Part shown: piece by piece, positions 1 to 10,418 of the stretch
Position numbering within the stretch: the first letter of the stretch is position 1
Layout: each line of letters begins with the position of its first letter
From: a virus
Direction: 5' to 3' (one strand)
IMG/VR virus record: IMGVR_UViG_3300032272_000002
Coordinates: 1 to 64,000 of that record
DNA: 64,000 bases
Translations under genes and position numbers: made by a program
Notes under the pieces: model-generated
What the model was told of the DNA's origin: nothing
Databases searched by the model: none
The model's input: the letters and a program-made list of their open reading frames with translations, nothing else

Positions 1-117
1 CCTCTTGGTTATAATGATTTACGGAGATACCTCGTGACTCTAGTTCCCACTTGACACCAAGAGGTGTGCTCCACGGCTCACCATAGTTTTCCCAGCTAGC
101 ATAAAATAGTGCGATCT

Positions 118-699
118 TCATTTGTTCACCTCGTAGAATGTACTGTAGTTCTCATTAATAACATTATCATGGATGTCGTAGTTAATAACGTGTGGAATTT
201 CATTTTCCCATTGAAAGCGAATGCCGCCAGGGCCGTTCCAACTACTAATCGGATACTTCATTAGTAGATCGTAACGCTTGATAGTAAAGCTGAGCTGGTC
301 ATCAATCTCTTCGATCAGCCACTTGTGGTGGTTAGCTCCAAACGTCCAGACCGAATGGTCAGGAGCCCAGAACTGCTTGATAGACTCTGGACCACGGTGT
401 GGCACCTCAATGATCCCACGCTTTGCTACACGAGACATCTCAGCTAACGCGAGCCCTGGGCTAGCCAAGTCTTCAAGCGTCTGAGAACAAATACAGATAT
501 CAAAGTGGTTGTCAGGAAATGGAAATGCATTGACGCAGAGATCTAAGATCGTATAGTCTTTACCGCCACGTCCAAGATCCATGCAGTCGATTACCATATC
601 AGCAATCGGCACGGGATCCATGGCACCACCCACATCGAGAATAATCTCGCCGGGCTTATGGTCTAATTGCTTTAGCAGCTCTTGCCAGTGTAGTCTCAT
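118..699 (-). CDS. class I SAM-dependent methyltransferase
   Basis: ILDVGG motif I followed by FPFPDNHFDICICSQTLEDL and EMSRVAK, typical of Methyltransf_11. Confidence 0.8.
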   Translation of the reverse strand: MRLHWQELLKQLDHKPGEIILDVGGAMDPVPIADMVIDCMDLGRGGKDYTILDLCVNAFPFPDNHFDICICSQTLEDLASPGLALAEMSRVAKRGIIEVPHRGPESIKQFWAPDHSVWTFGANHHKWLIEEIDDQLSFTIKRYDLLMKYPISSWNGPGGIRFQWENEIPHVINYDIHDNVINENYSTFYEVNK

Positions 700-1505
700 T
701 CGTCAAAGTTTCCCAAAATATAGCCGTTGGCGATCATGTCTTTGAGTTCTTCATCCCTCAATTTAGACAATCTTTCAATATCCTCAGCAGCCTCACTGCG
801 TGCATTTTTACTACTTAGTTCTTCAGCGAGGTCAACTAGTGTCTTACGTTCAGTACGTACGTCCTTCAGGCGGTCACGTCGAGACATCTTCAGTTGCTCT
901 AGGCCCTTTTCTCGACCCTTCATGTGAAGGTCGTATTCACGAGCATACTTTTCAGCGGCACCAAGATGTGGCGTGTATCGCGTATCATCCTCTTGGAATT
1001 CGCCATTCTTGGTTTGCTCATGCCACTTCTCTTGCTGCTCCTTACGGTTAAGGGCTTGCAATGCAAGTACCATTTCTAAGACCGCAGCAAATAGAGACTG
1101 CTCTTCGGCTTCAGTAATTGTATCAGTAGAACGAATAACGCTCAAATACTCATCAATGAATAGATCTTTCTCGTCCTGCCCAAAGCTACGGAAGGTTAAT
1201 CTGAAGCGAGCGGTCGATTGTAGTTTAGCCGCAATGAATGTATGACGCTCTTCACGAGTCATCTCATCCAGAGTCTTGTTTGAGGTTAAGATAGCCGTAG
1301 CAGCAGAAGTGGGTGCGGCACCAGCGGCCTGTTGGTCGCGAGCCTGCTTGAGTAGTCTACCTACAGCACGATCTGGGCTTTTAAGATCTTTCCAATTTTC
1401 AGGAAAATCAATAGCCAAACGCTTGGCGATCTCGCTATATGACAAACCATCAGCCGACCACTCCATGGCTAGATTGCGTTCTTCTTGAGAAAAGGTTTTA
1501 GGCAT
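696..1505 (-). CDS. hypothetical protein with N-terminal HTH and coiled coil
   Basis: GLSYSEIAKRL HTH-like segment; overlaps both neighbours. Confidence 0.5.
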   Translation of the reverse strand: MPKTFSQEERNLAMEWSADGLSYSEIAKRLAIDFPENWKDLKSPDRAVGRLLKQARDQQAAGAAPTSAATAILTSNKTLDEMTREERHTFIAAKLQSTARFRLTFRSFGQDEKDLFIDEYLSVIRSTDTITEAEEQSLFAAVLEMVLALQALNRKEQQEKWHEQTKNGEFQEDDTRYTPHLGAAEKYAREYDLHMKGREKGLEQLKMSRRDRLKDVRTERKTLVDLAEELSSKNARSEAAEDIERLSKLRDEELKDMIANGYILGNFDE

Positions 1506-2091
1506 TGTCGTTTAGTACCTCTCGAATAATAGTTCTGATTTGACGCTTGATACGTGCAGGAACCTCATCACCTCTGCCTTCCTTCATGGCGACATAGTGA
1601 TCTAGGAAATTCATTGGAAGAGCAGATTTAATACTCTCGTCCAAAATCCAGGCATCGACATCAAGACCTTCACCGTCTGTGACTTCTACTTCAAGAGAGG
1701 CGGGTGCTCGCAACATAGCTTTCGTTGCCATACTGTTACGATACTGCACAATCTTCTCGCAGCCAATCTCATCAATCACGCAAGTCTTTCGCACTTTATC
1801 CCACAGGGGGCATCTAACGCAGGGAGGGTTATTAGGCACATAAATGCCACGACGCATGTTGTATAAGAAATTCCGCACACAAACTTGTAAGAACTTATAT
1901 GGTGAATTTCCGATACGCGACGAATCGTAGTGCTTCATTACGCGAACACACTCCATCCGAATTTCCTGTGCGATATCTTCGTGGTCCATGCCAGGGATAG
2001 GATAACGCCGTCCTTCAGTATGCACGATAGCCTCAATGACTGGCTGTAGTTCCGCATAGTTGAAGGTTCCACTGGCCTCGGTAAAACTCAT
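1498..2091 (-). CDS. phage sigma-70-like factor (region 2) with Cys-rich insert
   Basis: EDIAQEIRMECVRVMKHYDSSR...YKFLQVCVRNFLYNMRR resembles sigma region 2; CVRC...C...C insert. Confidence 0.65.
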   Translation of the reverse strand: MSFTEASGTFNYAELQPVIEAIVHTEGRRYPIPGMDHEDIAQEIRMECVRVMKHYDSSRIGNSPYKFLQVCVRNFLYNMRRGIYVPNNPPCVRCPLWDKVRKTCVIDEIGCEKIVQYRNSMATKAMLRAPASLEVEVTDGEGLDVDAWILDESIKSALPMNFLDHYVAMKEGRGDEVPARIKRQIRTIIREVLNDNA

Positions 2092-2352
2092 TTAGTTGTG
2101 CTGGAGTCGTCGTCCTCTTCTTGGACCTTTTTGGAGTTCTTGGCGATAGCTTTGGCCTTTGCCTGCTCGTCCAGCTCTTCTTCTGTTTTTTCCACTTTCT
2201 TAAATCGTGGGCTTGCTTTTGCCACACCCTGCGGATCCGGCAGCTTCATTTCTTCCTTGGCCTCGCCAGTCGTTTTCATACGCTCAACCTCTACGTCTTT
2301 TCTATTTGTGCTATAGCGAGCGTTCTGGCCGCCATTGGACATCGTACTAAAA

Positions 2353-2628
2353 TCAATCTTGTTCTTGGTCATGAGTTTTCTCCACCGCATCGAACATACG
2401 GTCTACAAAGATGTGCATCGCTTCTCTTAACTCCTTAGAATCAGAAGAAGATACATAATAGCCGGGAACGGCTGATACTATGTCAGAAATTGCCTCGGCT
2501 TCGCCATTGACTTTATCTCTTGCACTAGGAGCGATGTCTACCAGCTTAAAATAAGCGAGACGGTAGTCACCTTTTAATTTATCGGGGAGGCTCTTAAATT
2601 CCTCCTCAGACAAGAACTTGTTCTCCAT
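2353..2628 (-). CDS. hypothetical protein
   Basis: ORF in the minus-strand operon. Confidence 0.6.
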   Translation of the reverse strand: MENKFLSEEEFKSLPDKLKGDYRLAYFKLVDIAPSARDKVNGEAEAISDIVSAVPGYYVSSSDSKELREAMHIFVDRMFDAVEKTHDQEQD

Positions 2629-2881
2629 GTGAAACTTTTTCCAGAATTGCTTGACACAGAGGGGTACTCCACGTCATAATAGCTCAAGTAAGCAAGGGCG
2701 GCGGCAGTGGGAACAGAGGCCAAATTAGCAATCTGATATCCCGGTCAACCATCGAGGCACCCTTCAGTATAAGGGTGTTGTGTATGATTTTTTCAACTTT
2801 ATAGCATAACATTAGGGTACTCTTTCTTGTCTAATCGATACATTAGGTATCCTAGACTTAGCATAAACGGGAGAATAGCCT

Positions 2882-3571
2882 ATGTTGAAAATGTACGCCT
2901 TGGTGGCCTTTATCGTTCTTTTAGGGGGATGCGGCTGCGTATCCACGGTTGACAGCACAACTAAGACCAATTCTGGAGCCCCGGTTCTAGTCTCTGAAAA
3001 CTTAAATTCTAACATGCCAGCAGTCCGTGTAGAATTTGTTTTATCCCGTCTTGACAGAGACGCATATCCTGAAGCGTACGAATCGTTTCTCCTGGCTATG
3101 GGCGAATGGGCTGCGGCAGCCCCCTTAGAGCTTGTTGTATTTGTGCCTCAAGCGGGTGCTGACACCACCGTTGCTAGCATAATGCGAGACAGGCCAGGGA
3201 TCATCTTGTTAGATTTTATTGATGAGATTCGTGCCCCTGAAGGTAAGAACTTTCTGGGAACTTTTAGCTGGACGGCTCGAAAGCTACAAATGGACATGGG
3301 GGATTTCTACAAGCCAGAATTCCGTCCAGATATGGCTAAAGCCGTTGCCCTGCACGAGTTAGGGCACATGTTCGGCCTTACACACTTCTACAACGCGGGT
3401 GATTTAGAGGCTACTGCTGGTAGCTTCATTGTCCCAGAGGGTGCAGAGACCATGATGATGTCTCCAAACATCCCTAGAGATCACTCAGAAATTGGAATTT
3501 CGGAAGTTGAGCGAAAACAGGCCGTAAAGTACATTCTGTCTGTTCTGCCTACAAAACTGGACCGTTTCTAG
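2882..3571 (+). CDS. lipoprotein zinc metalloprotease (metzincin/matrixin-like)
   Basis: Signal peptide with LGGC lipobox; HELGHMFGLTH (HExxHxxGxxH); Met-turn-like TMMMSP. Confidence 0.8.
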   Translation: MLKMYALVAFIVLLGGCGCVSTVDSTTKTNSGAPVLVSENLNSNMPAVRVEFVLSRLDRDAYPEAYESFLLAMGEWAAAAPLELVVFVPQAGADTTVASIMRDRPGIILLDFIDEIRAPEGKNFLGTFSWTARKLQMDMGDFYKPEFRPDMAKAVALHELGHMFGLTHFYNAGDLEATAGSFIVPEGAETMMMSPNIPRDHSEIGISEVERKQAVKYILSVLPTKLDRF

Positions 3572-3610
3572 CTTGACAGGTGGGTCTGACATGGGCAGTA
3601 TACTCATGTC

Positions 3611-3868
3611 ATGACCTCATCAACTAAAATTAAATACGTTGTCCTTGTAGACATCAAAGACAATAAGATTAGAAGCTCCAAGTTAGATTTCGATGGCGAA
3701 GTCGAAGAGACCGTGCAAGCCATGATTAACGGCTTGAAAAAGCCGTTATATGCTTTTGTGCGTGAACGTCTCATTGAGCCTCGCCAACCTGGCTCAGCTC
3801 AGGTCCGCATCCTTGTTCAATTCCGCGAGAGGACCAACGGCAGATCTATTGAGTTCTCAGTCCAATAA
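3611..3868 (+). CDS. hypothetical protein, probably leaderless
   Basis: TTGACA...TATACT promoter ending a few nt before the ATG. Confidence 0.6.
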   Translation: MTSSTKIKYVVLVDIKDNKIRSSKLDFDGEVEETVQAMINGLKKPLYAFVRERLIEPRQPGSAQVRILVQFRERTNGRSIEFSVQ

Positions 3869-4118
3869 TCCCGATGCTATTCGGGCAAAAGAAGAGAGGG
3901 CTTATCGACAGGCTTTTGCTGGGCTAGCAAATATCTATCGTCAAGAGACGCAAGAGATGCCTGAATATAGGATTAAGAATCTCGTAAAGAAAACACTGGC
4001 CGAGGGGATGTACTCACACCAAGAAGGCCAGACACGTACTTACCCCAAGGATATTAGTGTTTACCTGGATACCGGAGAGGATCCAGAAGACAACTTTGAA
4101 TTAGGAGGGGCGTTATGA
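3750..4118 (+). CDS. hypothetical protein with C-terminal FELGGAL tag (true start probably downstream)
   Basis: Ends EDNFELGGAL*. Confidence 0.7.
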   Translation: MLLCVNVSLSLANLAQLRSASLFNSARGPTADLLSSQSNNPDAIRAKEERAYRQAFAGLANIYRQETQEMPEYRIKNLVKKTLAEGMYSHQEGQTRTYPKDISVYLDTGEDPEDNFELGGAL

Positions 4119-4405
4119 ATTCGCCAGAAGAGCGTAAAGCTGCCGCCATCGAGCGGCATAAAAAAGAACAAGAAGAACGCCAAGCTCAGTTGGCTAGCGA
4201 CTTTAATGCGTTTAGAGCATTGGCTGAAATCGTAACAGAGCGAGAGCCAGAGATGAAACCTTTGGGAATCAAGAATGTTACACGTATCACCGATCAAGAT
4301 GCCGGGGATCGTCGTCAAGCGATTGCAGATGATCGTGAACGGGTTAAGCAATCTCAATGGAGAACAGAGCTAGAGCGGCCATTCGAGCTGGGCGGTGCCC
4401 TATGA
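4115..4405 (+). CDS. hypothetical protein with FELGGAL tag
   Basis: Ends RPFELGGAL*; ATGA coupling. Confidence 0.75.
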   Translation: MNSPEERKAAAIERHKKEQEERQAQLASDFNAFRALAEIVTEREPEMKPLGIKNVTRITDQDAGDRRQAIADDRERVKQSQWRTELERPFELGGAL

Positions 4406-4593
4406 GCATGTCGTACGACGAACTGGATGGAAACTTTGATCCTAACGCTTATAAGCAGATTAAAGACATGCTGCAAAAAGAAAAGGAAGAAGCTCTGCTT
4501 CGGCAGGCTGACAAGCTTGCCGCACTAGAGCGTGCGTTGATGATTTCTGAAGCGGAGGATACTGACGACTTCGAGATTGGAGGAGCCCTGTAA
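4402..4593 (+). CDS. hypothetical protein with FEIGGAL tag
   Basis: Ends DDFEIGGAL*. Confidence 0.75.
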   Translation: MSMSYDELDGNFDPNAYKQIKDMLQKEKEEALLRQADKLAALERALMISEAEDTDDFEIGGAL

Positions 4594-4799
4594 TGGGAGA
4601 TTACACTGGTGGGATTGGTGAATTCTTAGGTGTGCTGCCGACTAAGAAACAACGCGAAGCTGCCAATATGATCCAACGCTACGAGGAACTAAAGATAGAA
4701 ATGCGTGTTTTGCAAGACAAGATGTATAGAATGGGCCTGATTGATGACGACGAACGCAAGCGTGCCGAGGACGAGTTCGAGATTGGAGGGGCACTATAA
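4593..4799 (+). CDS. hypothetical protein with FEIGGAL tag
   Basis: Ends DEFEIGGAL*; TAATG coupling. Confidence 0.75.
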   Translation: MGDYTGGIGEFLGVLPTKKQREAANMIQRYEELKIEMRVLQDKMYRMGLIDDDERKRAEDEFEIGGAL

Positions 4800-5107
4800 T
4801 GGGATGGTTGAATAAAAAGCCACGCGGCAAGAGGCCGCCTGCTCCCCCGGCCCCGCCGAACCCCTATTCCGCAAGCGGCTCTATTAGTTTTGGTGGAGGG
4901 AATAGTTTTGCGTGCAGCGGCGTTATTACCACACAGCCGCTTCGCGTGACGCCGCAGACCCCAGAAGAGATCCGAGCTGAACGGCTGGCGGAATACAATA
5001 TGCTAAAATCACAGCTTCAACGCATGGAGCGAGATCTTATTGAGGATGGCATCCTCAAGGATCAACGAGACGAGAGTGAAGAGTTCGAATTACGAGGAAG
5101 CCTTTAA
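4799..5107 (+). CDS. hypothetical protein with FELRGSL tag variant
   Basis: Ends EEFELRGSL*. Confidence 0.7.
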   Translation: MGWLNKKPRGKRPPAPPAPPNPYSASGSISFGGGNSFACSGVITTQPLRVTPQTPEEIRAERLAEYNMLKSQLQRMERDLIEDGILKDQRDESEEFELRGSL

Positions 5108-5280
5108 ATTAAAGGGCACCCCTATAAATCCTGGCTAAACTGCCCCCATTAGTGTATTGTCCTATATGAAGGGCACACGCTGCTTAGAATGCAAAAAAGG
5201 TGAATACCAGGAGACCAAGATCTTTGATTCCTGGGATAGTCTATTACACTGCACGCATTGTGGCCATGAGGTAAAAATTC

Positions 5281-5682
5281 ATGAGTCTGAACGACCTACT
5301 AAAAAAGGCAAAGACAGCGACGACGGAAGCACACAATGAGCTGGACAAATCGCCGGTAAGCGTGCCGAGTTCCGTGAAGGGCGATCTGTCGCCACGGCAC
5401 CTCCAGCCAGCTTCCAAGCTCCGCTATCTGATCGACCTTGAGAAGACTACCTTTACGCCCGAAGAGATTCGTGCGTTGCTACCTGAGTTGCAGGAGTTTG
5501 CCCGTCTCGGTAGTGCCGTGCTGAGCCCCTACCAGGCCGTCCGACAAGAATTGTCGCGACACTTCCCCAATCCCATGGACATGGACGATTGGCTGGATTC
5601 GCCAAACGAAATGCTTGGCGGCAATAGACCTCGCGATATCGACGACGAAGATCTATTAAGTACTTTGCAGGGGCTCCTATAA
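5281..5682 (+). CDS. protein with C-terminal Xre/MbcA/ParS antitoxin-like (DUF2384) domain
   Basis: WLDSPNEMLGGNRPRDI fits the WLxxPNxxLgGxxP signature. Confidence 0.6.
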   Translation: MSLNDLLKKAKTATTEAHNELDKSPVSVPSSVKGDLSPRHLQPASKLRYLIDLEKTTFTPEEIRALLPELQEFARLGSAVLSPYQAVRQELSRHFPNPMDMDDWLDSPNEMLGGNRPRDIDDEDLLSTLQGLL

Positions 5683-5984
5683 TGGTTGATCCCAGAGTGC
5701 AGCAATTAGTGTCTATCGCCAAGACGGTGAATCCTGGCGTGGGCCTCATTGCAGATCTAGCACTGACCATTCTTGGCAGCGTGCGTACACGCGGCCAAAG
5801 TAAGGACCTTAAGAAAACAATTACGTGGCTTGAGGAGCGTACTATTTCTCTACTTGAGCGTATTACGGAAGAGGCATCTAAATCAAATCATTCAGAAGTG
5901 TTGATTCGGGAACTGGAGATTCGACTCCACGAAACGTTGGCCATCCTAATGGACATGAAGAGGGAGAAACCGTGGGATGGTTAA
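5682..5984 (+). CDS. hypothetical protein
   Basis: Coupled ORF. Confidence 0.55.
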   Translation: MVDPRVQQLVSIAKTVNPGVGLIADLALTILGSVRTRGQSKDLKKTITWLEERTISLLERITEEASKSNHSEVLIRELEIRLHETLAILMDMKREKPWDG

Positions 5985-6222
5985 AACGAATAGGGCTTCG
6001 TAGAGAAGCTGTGAAAGAACTCAAAAGAAAGATGCAGATCGCTCGCATCAAGATTTGGTCCATCAATATGCAGATCATACAGATCGAGTCACACTCTCCA
6101 AAGGCGTTTTCGTTCCCATACAGAATTAAATTCATGGAACTTCTTGACTTGTATGAGGAAGTGGGTATGCTAGAGTACGCATTACGAGTTCGCAATTGGG
6201 CATGGATCCTAACAGGTAAACA

Positions 6223-6528
6223 ATGGAAAAAATAGCATTTCACCCCTTCGACCTCAAGTCGCACGGTGCCCACATGGGCCTCTTCAATAATGGCAAGGTT
6301 CGCCTTATGGGCTACGACCTGCCCGACGACGTGTATGTCAATGACCAGCCAATCAAGACGTGCAACGTTACCACAACCCAGTGGATTGAGGAAACACAAT
6401 CTATTGTTTTCATTTTAGAGGACGCCGTTGTAATTGAGGATACGTGCGAGGAAGTAGGCACGTTGTGCGTGGTAATTCCGCACGATAAGGTTGAAGAGAT
6501 CCTGAGGCCACTGGAGGAACTGCTATGA
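6223..6528 (+). CDS. hypothetical protein
   Basis: Coupled to the iscA-like gene. Confidence 0.55.
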   Translation: MEKIAFHPFDLKSHGAHMGLFNNGKVRLMGYDLPDDVYVNDQPIKTCNVTTTQWIEETQSIVFILEDAVVIEDTCEEVGTLCVVIPHDKVEEILRPLEELL

Positions 6529-6851
6529 TCGTTCTTACAGACAGAGCCGAGCTAGAGCTTGTCAGGATTTCACAGGAGAGTGATCTACCTACTAATAGGG
6601 TCAGAGTAGGGGTGAAAGGAGGCGGCTGTAGTGGATTTAGTTATACACTCGGTTTTGATGATTCGCCTATCGGCGAAACAGATCAGTCGTTCCGTCATGG
6701 TTCGATTGAGCTTGTGTGTGACTCGAAGTCCTTCTTATACCTAAGCGGGATCACGGTTGACTTTGAAACGTCCCTGATGGGACGTGGATTTAAGTTTATC
6801 AATCCAAACGCTAAAAACACTTGCGGGTGTGGGGAATCATTTACAGTATGA
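6525..6851 (+). CDS. iscA: A-type Fe-S carrier protein (IscA/ErpA/HesB family)
   Basis: RVGVKGGGCSGFSY and NPNAKNTCGCGESF signatures. Confidence 0.93.
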   Translation: MIVLTDRAELELVRISQESDLPTNRVRVGVKGGGCSGFSYTLGFDDSPIGETDQSFRHGSIELVCDSKSFLYLSGITVDFETSLMGRGFKFINPNAKNTCGCGESFTV

Positions 6852-7075
6852 GTCAGAAGTACAGACGACTCACCTATCGGCGAAACAGATCAATCGTTCC
6901 CTCATGGCTCAAGCGAGCCAAGAAGGCTCGCAGCAATAAAATCACGTTCGCTCAGCAGGTTGCAGAGCAACAAGTTATTGATGAGGAACGTGACAAAGTA
7001 GAAAAGAAACAACGCGAAGTGGAAATACGCAAAAGCGTATGGACTGATAATTTCGAAATCGGTGGGGCCTTATAA
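6848..7075 (+). CDS. hypothetical protein with FEIGGAL tag
   Basis: Ends DNFEIGGAL*. Confidence 0.75.
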   Translation: MSQKYRRLTYRRNRSIVPSWLKRAKKARSNKITFAQQVAEQQVIDEERDKVEKKQREVEIRKSVWTDNFEIGGAL

Positions 7076-7099
7076 ACCCCGTATATCTAGGAGGATATA

Positions 7100-7375
7100 A
7101 TGAACCAAAGAGTATCTCGTAAAAGTAAAAAGCGTGAGCAGGCTTCTGCTCAAGAACTAGAACTAGTGGCAGCGGCCCGAGCCGCCCATGAAGCTCGTAA
7201 ACGTCGTCAGGTAGAAGTGGCAGCTAAAGCCGCCAAGGAGGCCGCAAAGGCAGCCGAAGCTGAGACGGCCCGTTTGGAAGCTCAGAAAGCTAAGATTGAA
7301 AAGAGCCGTAAGGATGCACAGCTTCCTAAGCGTACTATCAAGGATAAGCTACTGGGTAAAAAAGACGAGGAGTAA
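7100..7375 (+). CDS. basic Ala/Lys/Glu-rich coiled-coil protein
   Basis: AGGAGG Shine-Dalgarno; low-complexity helix. Confidence 0.65.
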   Translation: MNQRVSRKSKKREQASAQELELVAAARAAHEARKRRQVEVAAKAAKEAAKAAEAETARLEAQKAKIEKSRKDAQLPKRTIKDKLLGKKDEE

Positions 7376-7378
7376 AGT

Positions 7379-7840
7379 ATGAAGTTTTTCGTGTATGCTA
7401 ATAAATCAGATGTCAAAAATACCAGTGTTCAGGACGGGCGAGCGATTTACTTTGTACCCGAGCTGAAGATGCGGGATTGGGCGTCTAGATTTGATCCTGG
7501 CGTTATGGAGTTCTGCGGGGTGTCTATTGAGGCCGAAGATAAGATGGAAGCTAAAGAAGCGTTTTTAGCCCCATTGGATTGTGGCGGCCTTGATAAGATG
7601 TTTGCGGAACAAGAACCTCTGTTGACGCGGCATCGCAGTCAAAGACATGAATCTAAAGAAAAGGTCGGTGATGCGACGATGGACCTAATGGTAACTCGTC
7701 TGGCTGGACTTTGGCTTCAGATTGATGAAATGTTGCGAGCTGTAGCTCAACTATATGTTTTGAAGCATAATGACTTGACAGAACAGGAAGCATACGCTAA
7801 ACTTAAGAAAGAGTGGCTGGAACGCTACGAGAAAATGTAA
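7379..7840 (+). CDS. hypothetical protein
   Basis: ORF with GAGGAG Shine-Dalgarno. Confidence 0.6.
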   Translation: MKFFVYANKSDVKNTSVQDGRAIYFVPELKMRDWASRFDPGVMEFCGVSIEAEDKMEAKEAFLAPLDCGGLDKMFAEQEPLLTRHRSQRHESKEKVGDATMDLMVTRLAGLWLQIDEMLRAVAQLYVLKHNDLTEQEAYAKLKKEWLERYEKM

Positions 7841-8120
7841 TGAAATATCAAGGCAAACTGAATGCACTGAAGCACTTTCAGGACGGACACTATGCCGTTG
7901 CCGAACTCGATTTTCAAGTGGAGGGGGAGGTACTGCTGGTGCCTTCCCTTCCTTTTGTTATGATGCGACTGGATCAGCCGCACGGTCGGTTTGACAAAGA
8001 GGGGTGGCGTTTTGAAGTTAAGGGCGACAGATACATGGTTCCTGCCGAGGAACTAGCGAGAATTATTAGACCACACACTACCGAAGAAAACAACAAGAAG
8101 TTCGAGAGATTTTACGACGT

Positions 8121-8765
8121 ATGGCAAATCAAAAAAGACTAGATGAAATGTATATGCGGCAGGCGTATAATGCCGCAGAATTATCGCACGCAACACGAAA
8201 GAAGGTTGGGGCCATGTTGGTCATTCAAAACGAAGGACGTTTTGAGGGTGTCAATGGTACCCCATCCGGCTTTGATAACAACCCCGAATTTCTAGCTCAC
8301 CATGATTGGGCCTTTATAGTGGACGATACATACGAGTGTCGCTTCTGTAAAGAAATTCGAAATCGTAAAGATGCGATGGCTGCTGTCGGACCCTGCCCGC
8401 TAAACTTAAAGACAAAAGACATCTGTCTGCATGCTGAGAGCAACGCGATCATGAAGGTTGCGTGTAGTCACGCAAGTAGTATTGGTGGCACTATGTATTG
8501 TACGCTCACCCCATGTTTGGAGTGTGCAAAACTTATCATCCAGGCGAAAATTACGCGAGTAGTTTATAGTGAGCAATATCCGTATGCTACACATACGGGC
8601 GTAGAACGACCCCTTGGGTTAAAGCTACTGGAAGATGCAGGAATTGTGGTAGATCAGCTTGACATGACTGGCACTTTGTGCCATTATGATATGAGGCAAC
8701 CTCATGCCCATCAAGACGAAGGACTCCACAATGCTACCGAAGACCTGTACAACAGTTACGAGTAA
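8121..8765 (+). CDS. dCMP deaminase
   Basis: KVGA...NGTPSG, HAESNAI and PCLECAKLIIQAKI zinc motifs; extra CxxC insert. Confidence 0.9.
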   Translation: MANQKRLDEMYMRQAYNAAELSHATRKKVGAMLVIQNEGRFEGVNGTPSGFDNNPEFLAHHDWAFIVDDTYECRFCKEIRNRKDAMAAVGPCPLNLKTKDICLHAESNAIMKVACSHASSIGGTMYCTLTPCLECAKLIIQAKITRVVYSEQYPYATHTGVERPLGLKLLEDAGIVVDQLDMTGTLCHYDMRQPHAHQDEGLHNATEDLYNSYE

Positions 8766-9270
8766 ACGCAGACCCTGGTATCAGCGGCTTGCTGACCGTC
8801 TCGGAGCCGTAGGTGACGGCAAAGGCCGCCGCCTCTGGAAACTCAGGTTTGGTGGCTACCGTATGATTTATCGGGACGCAGACCGTCTTGATAGGGCTGG
8901 AGACCGCAGCGTCCGAGATCCTTACCTAGAGAGATTCTACATCTTCTCCACGCCGTGGTTCGGCGTGTACATCCATCGGTTCTGGGCATCGGACCCAGAC
9001 GGTCTCCACGACCATCCATGGTCATCTTTCAGTTGGGTTCTTGAAGGTGGCTATAAGGAAGAGATTGCAGGTATTTTAGGGCCCGAGATTCGTATAGCTG
9101 GTTCAAAGCACTTTCGCCCCGCTCAGGAGGCCCACAGGGTCGAACTCTGCGAGGGTGACGAGCCAGGTTCGTGCTGGACACTCTTTACAAGATTTAGACG
9201 TAAGCGTCTATGGGGATTCTATCGTGGTGCAGAATGGATTCCCGCAGAGAAGCAGTCCCGTACGGACTGA
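8704..9270 (+). CDS. cupin-like phage protein
   Basis: IHRFWASDPDGLHDHPW...VLEGGYKE...HRVEL pattern. Confidence 0.6.
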   Translation: MPIKTKDSTMLPKTCTTVTSKRRPWYQRLADRLGAVGDGKGRRLWKLRFGGYRMIYRDADRLDRAGDRSVRDPYLERFYIFSTPWFGVYIHRFWASDPDGLHDHPWSSFSWVLEGGYKEEIAGILGPEIRIAGSKHFRPAQEAHRVELCEGDEPGSCWTLFTRFRRKRLWGFYRGAEWIPAEKQSRTD

Positions 9271-9280
9271 AAAGAAAAAT

Positions 9281-9568
9281 ATGAAAGATACGCTGATCGC
9301 TATTGTGGCTGCCCTAGGACTGGCCGCCTGTGCTTCTGCTCCAGCAGAGGTTACACTTCCCGTTCCTAAGCTCGCCGTAGGAACCACATTCGAGACTCCG
9401 TGTAGTGAACACGGTTCACACACCCAAACTATTACAGGTACTCGCCTAGGAGTCATTTACGACATCTCAGGTGACGATGGAACCAGCGGAGAGGCGGCGG
9501 AAGAACAACTACTGCTCTTTATGGAAATGTACGGGATTGTAGTTGACACCGACGTTGAAGTGCGATAA
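9281..9568 (+). CDS. putative lipoprotein
   Basis: MKDTLIAIVAALGLAAC lipobox. Confidence 0.65.
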   Translation: MKDTLIAIVAALGLAACASAPAEVTLPVPKLAVGTTFETPCSEHGSHTQTITGTRLGVIYDISGDDGTSGEAAEEQLLLFMEMYGIVVDTDVEVR

Positions 9569-9578
9569 GATACCAGTG

Positions 9579-9995
9579 ATGTTGAAACGACTACTACTCG
9601 CTCTGCTTGTGCTTGCCCCTCTTGGGGCGGCACAATCGCAGGAACCTGACCTGAGCCGGTACGGCTCTTTGGCTCGACAACAGATCGTGCGTCAGAACCT
9701 AGAATTGCAGAGACAACAAAATTACCTGCGGACGAGGCGACGAATCCGCGAACAACTACCTCAACCTACTAGAATTACATATCAACGAAATGTTTCGCCT
9801 TATACCTATCCTTCTTCTGTGTCTACTCGCGGGCTGTGCGGACAATCCACTCGGTCTAACATCCGGTATGTGGGTACGACACGAAATCGACGGCCAGAAG
9901 TATTATATTTCCGAAGTCAACCTCGAACTTATGAACGACCAAGGTACTCGGGGGTACGTTCTTGTCAAGAACGAGTTTGGCGAGGAAATCGATAA
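9579..9995 (+). CDS. putative exported protein (3' part overlaps the next gene)
   Basis: MLKRLLLALLVLAPLGAA signal peptide. Confidence 0.45.
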   Translation: MLKRLLLALLVLAPLGAAQSQEPDLSRYGSLARQQIVRQNLELQRQQNYLRTRRRIREQLPQPTRITYQRNVSPYTYPSSVSTRGLCGQSTRSNIRYVGTTRNRRPEVLYFRSQPRTYERPRYSGVRSCQERVWRGNR

Positions 9996-10251
9996 GAAAT
10001 ATCCCATCCACGAATTCGCTTTGTGGTCAGATAGTCTACTAGAAGATACCGTCTTGCGACGCGAGATTCCGCAAGATGTCGAGACCAAACAGCTTGTCAG
10101 ACAGCTTACGGCGGCACGCCGAGCACTAATTGCTAACCCCACGCCAGAGAACCGTGAAGTTCTAGAGGAACTAATCGTTGAGGGCGAGCAAGCACTCAGC
10201 CCGGTATTCCGTGAGAGGAAGTGGAACCCCACCACGAACAGCTATGAGTAA
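9790..10251 (+). CDS. putative lipoprotein
   Basis: MFRLIPILLLCLLAGC lipobox. Confidence 0.7.
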   Translation: MFRLIPILLLCLLAGCADNPLGLTSGMWVRHEIDGQKYYISEVNLELMNDQGTRGYVLVKNEFGEEIDKKYPIHEFALWSDSLLEDTVLRREIPQDVETKQLVRQLTAARRALIANPTPENREVLEELIVEGEQALSPVFRERKWNPTTNSYE

Positions 10252-10418
10252 AAACGCAACAGAGTTTATGGCCGATCTGTTTCATGTCTGGCTTACGGGC
10301 GAACCAGAGATCCCGCTATACGAGTTCCTTCACCTGACCCGCGAAGAGTGTGATTTGTGGCTTACGAAAAAATTGAGCTGCGAAGCGGCTCAAGACTTCT
10401 ACCTATCGAGAACAGGCC

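Noticed and set aside
4095-4799. FELGGAL as a by-product of GGAGG Shine-Dalgarno sequences for coupled downstream genes
   Set aside because: Many copies use GGC GGT or GAA GGT, several are followed by tRNAs or intergenic DNA, and F(-7)/L(-5) are unexplained. It may contribute to some copies but cannot be the cause.
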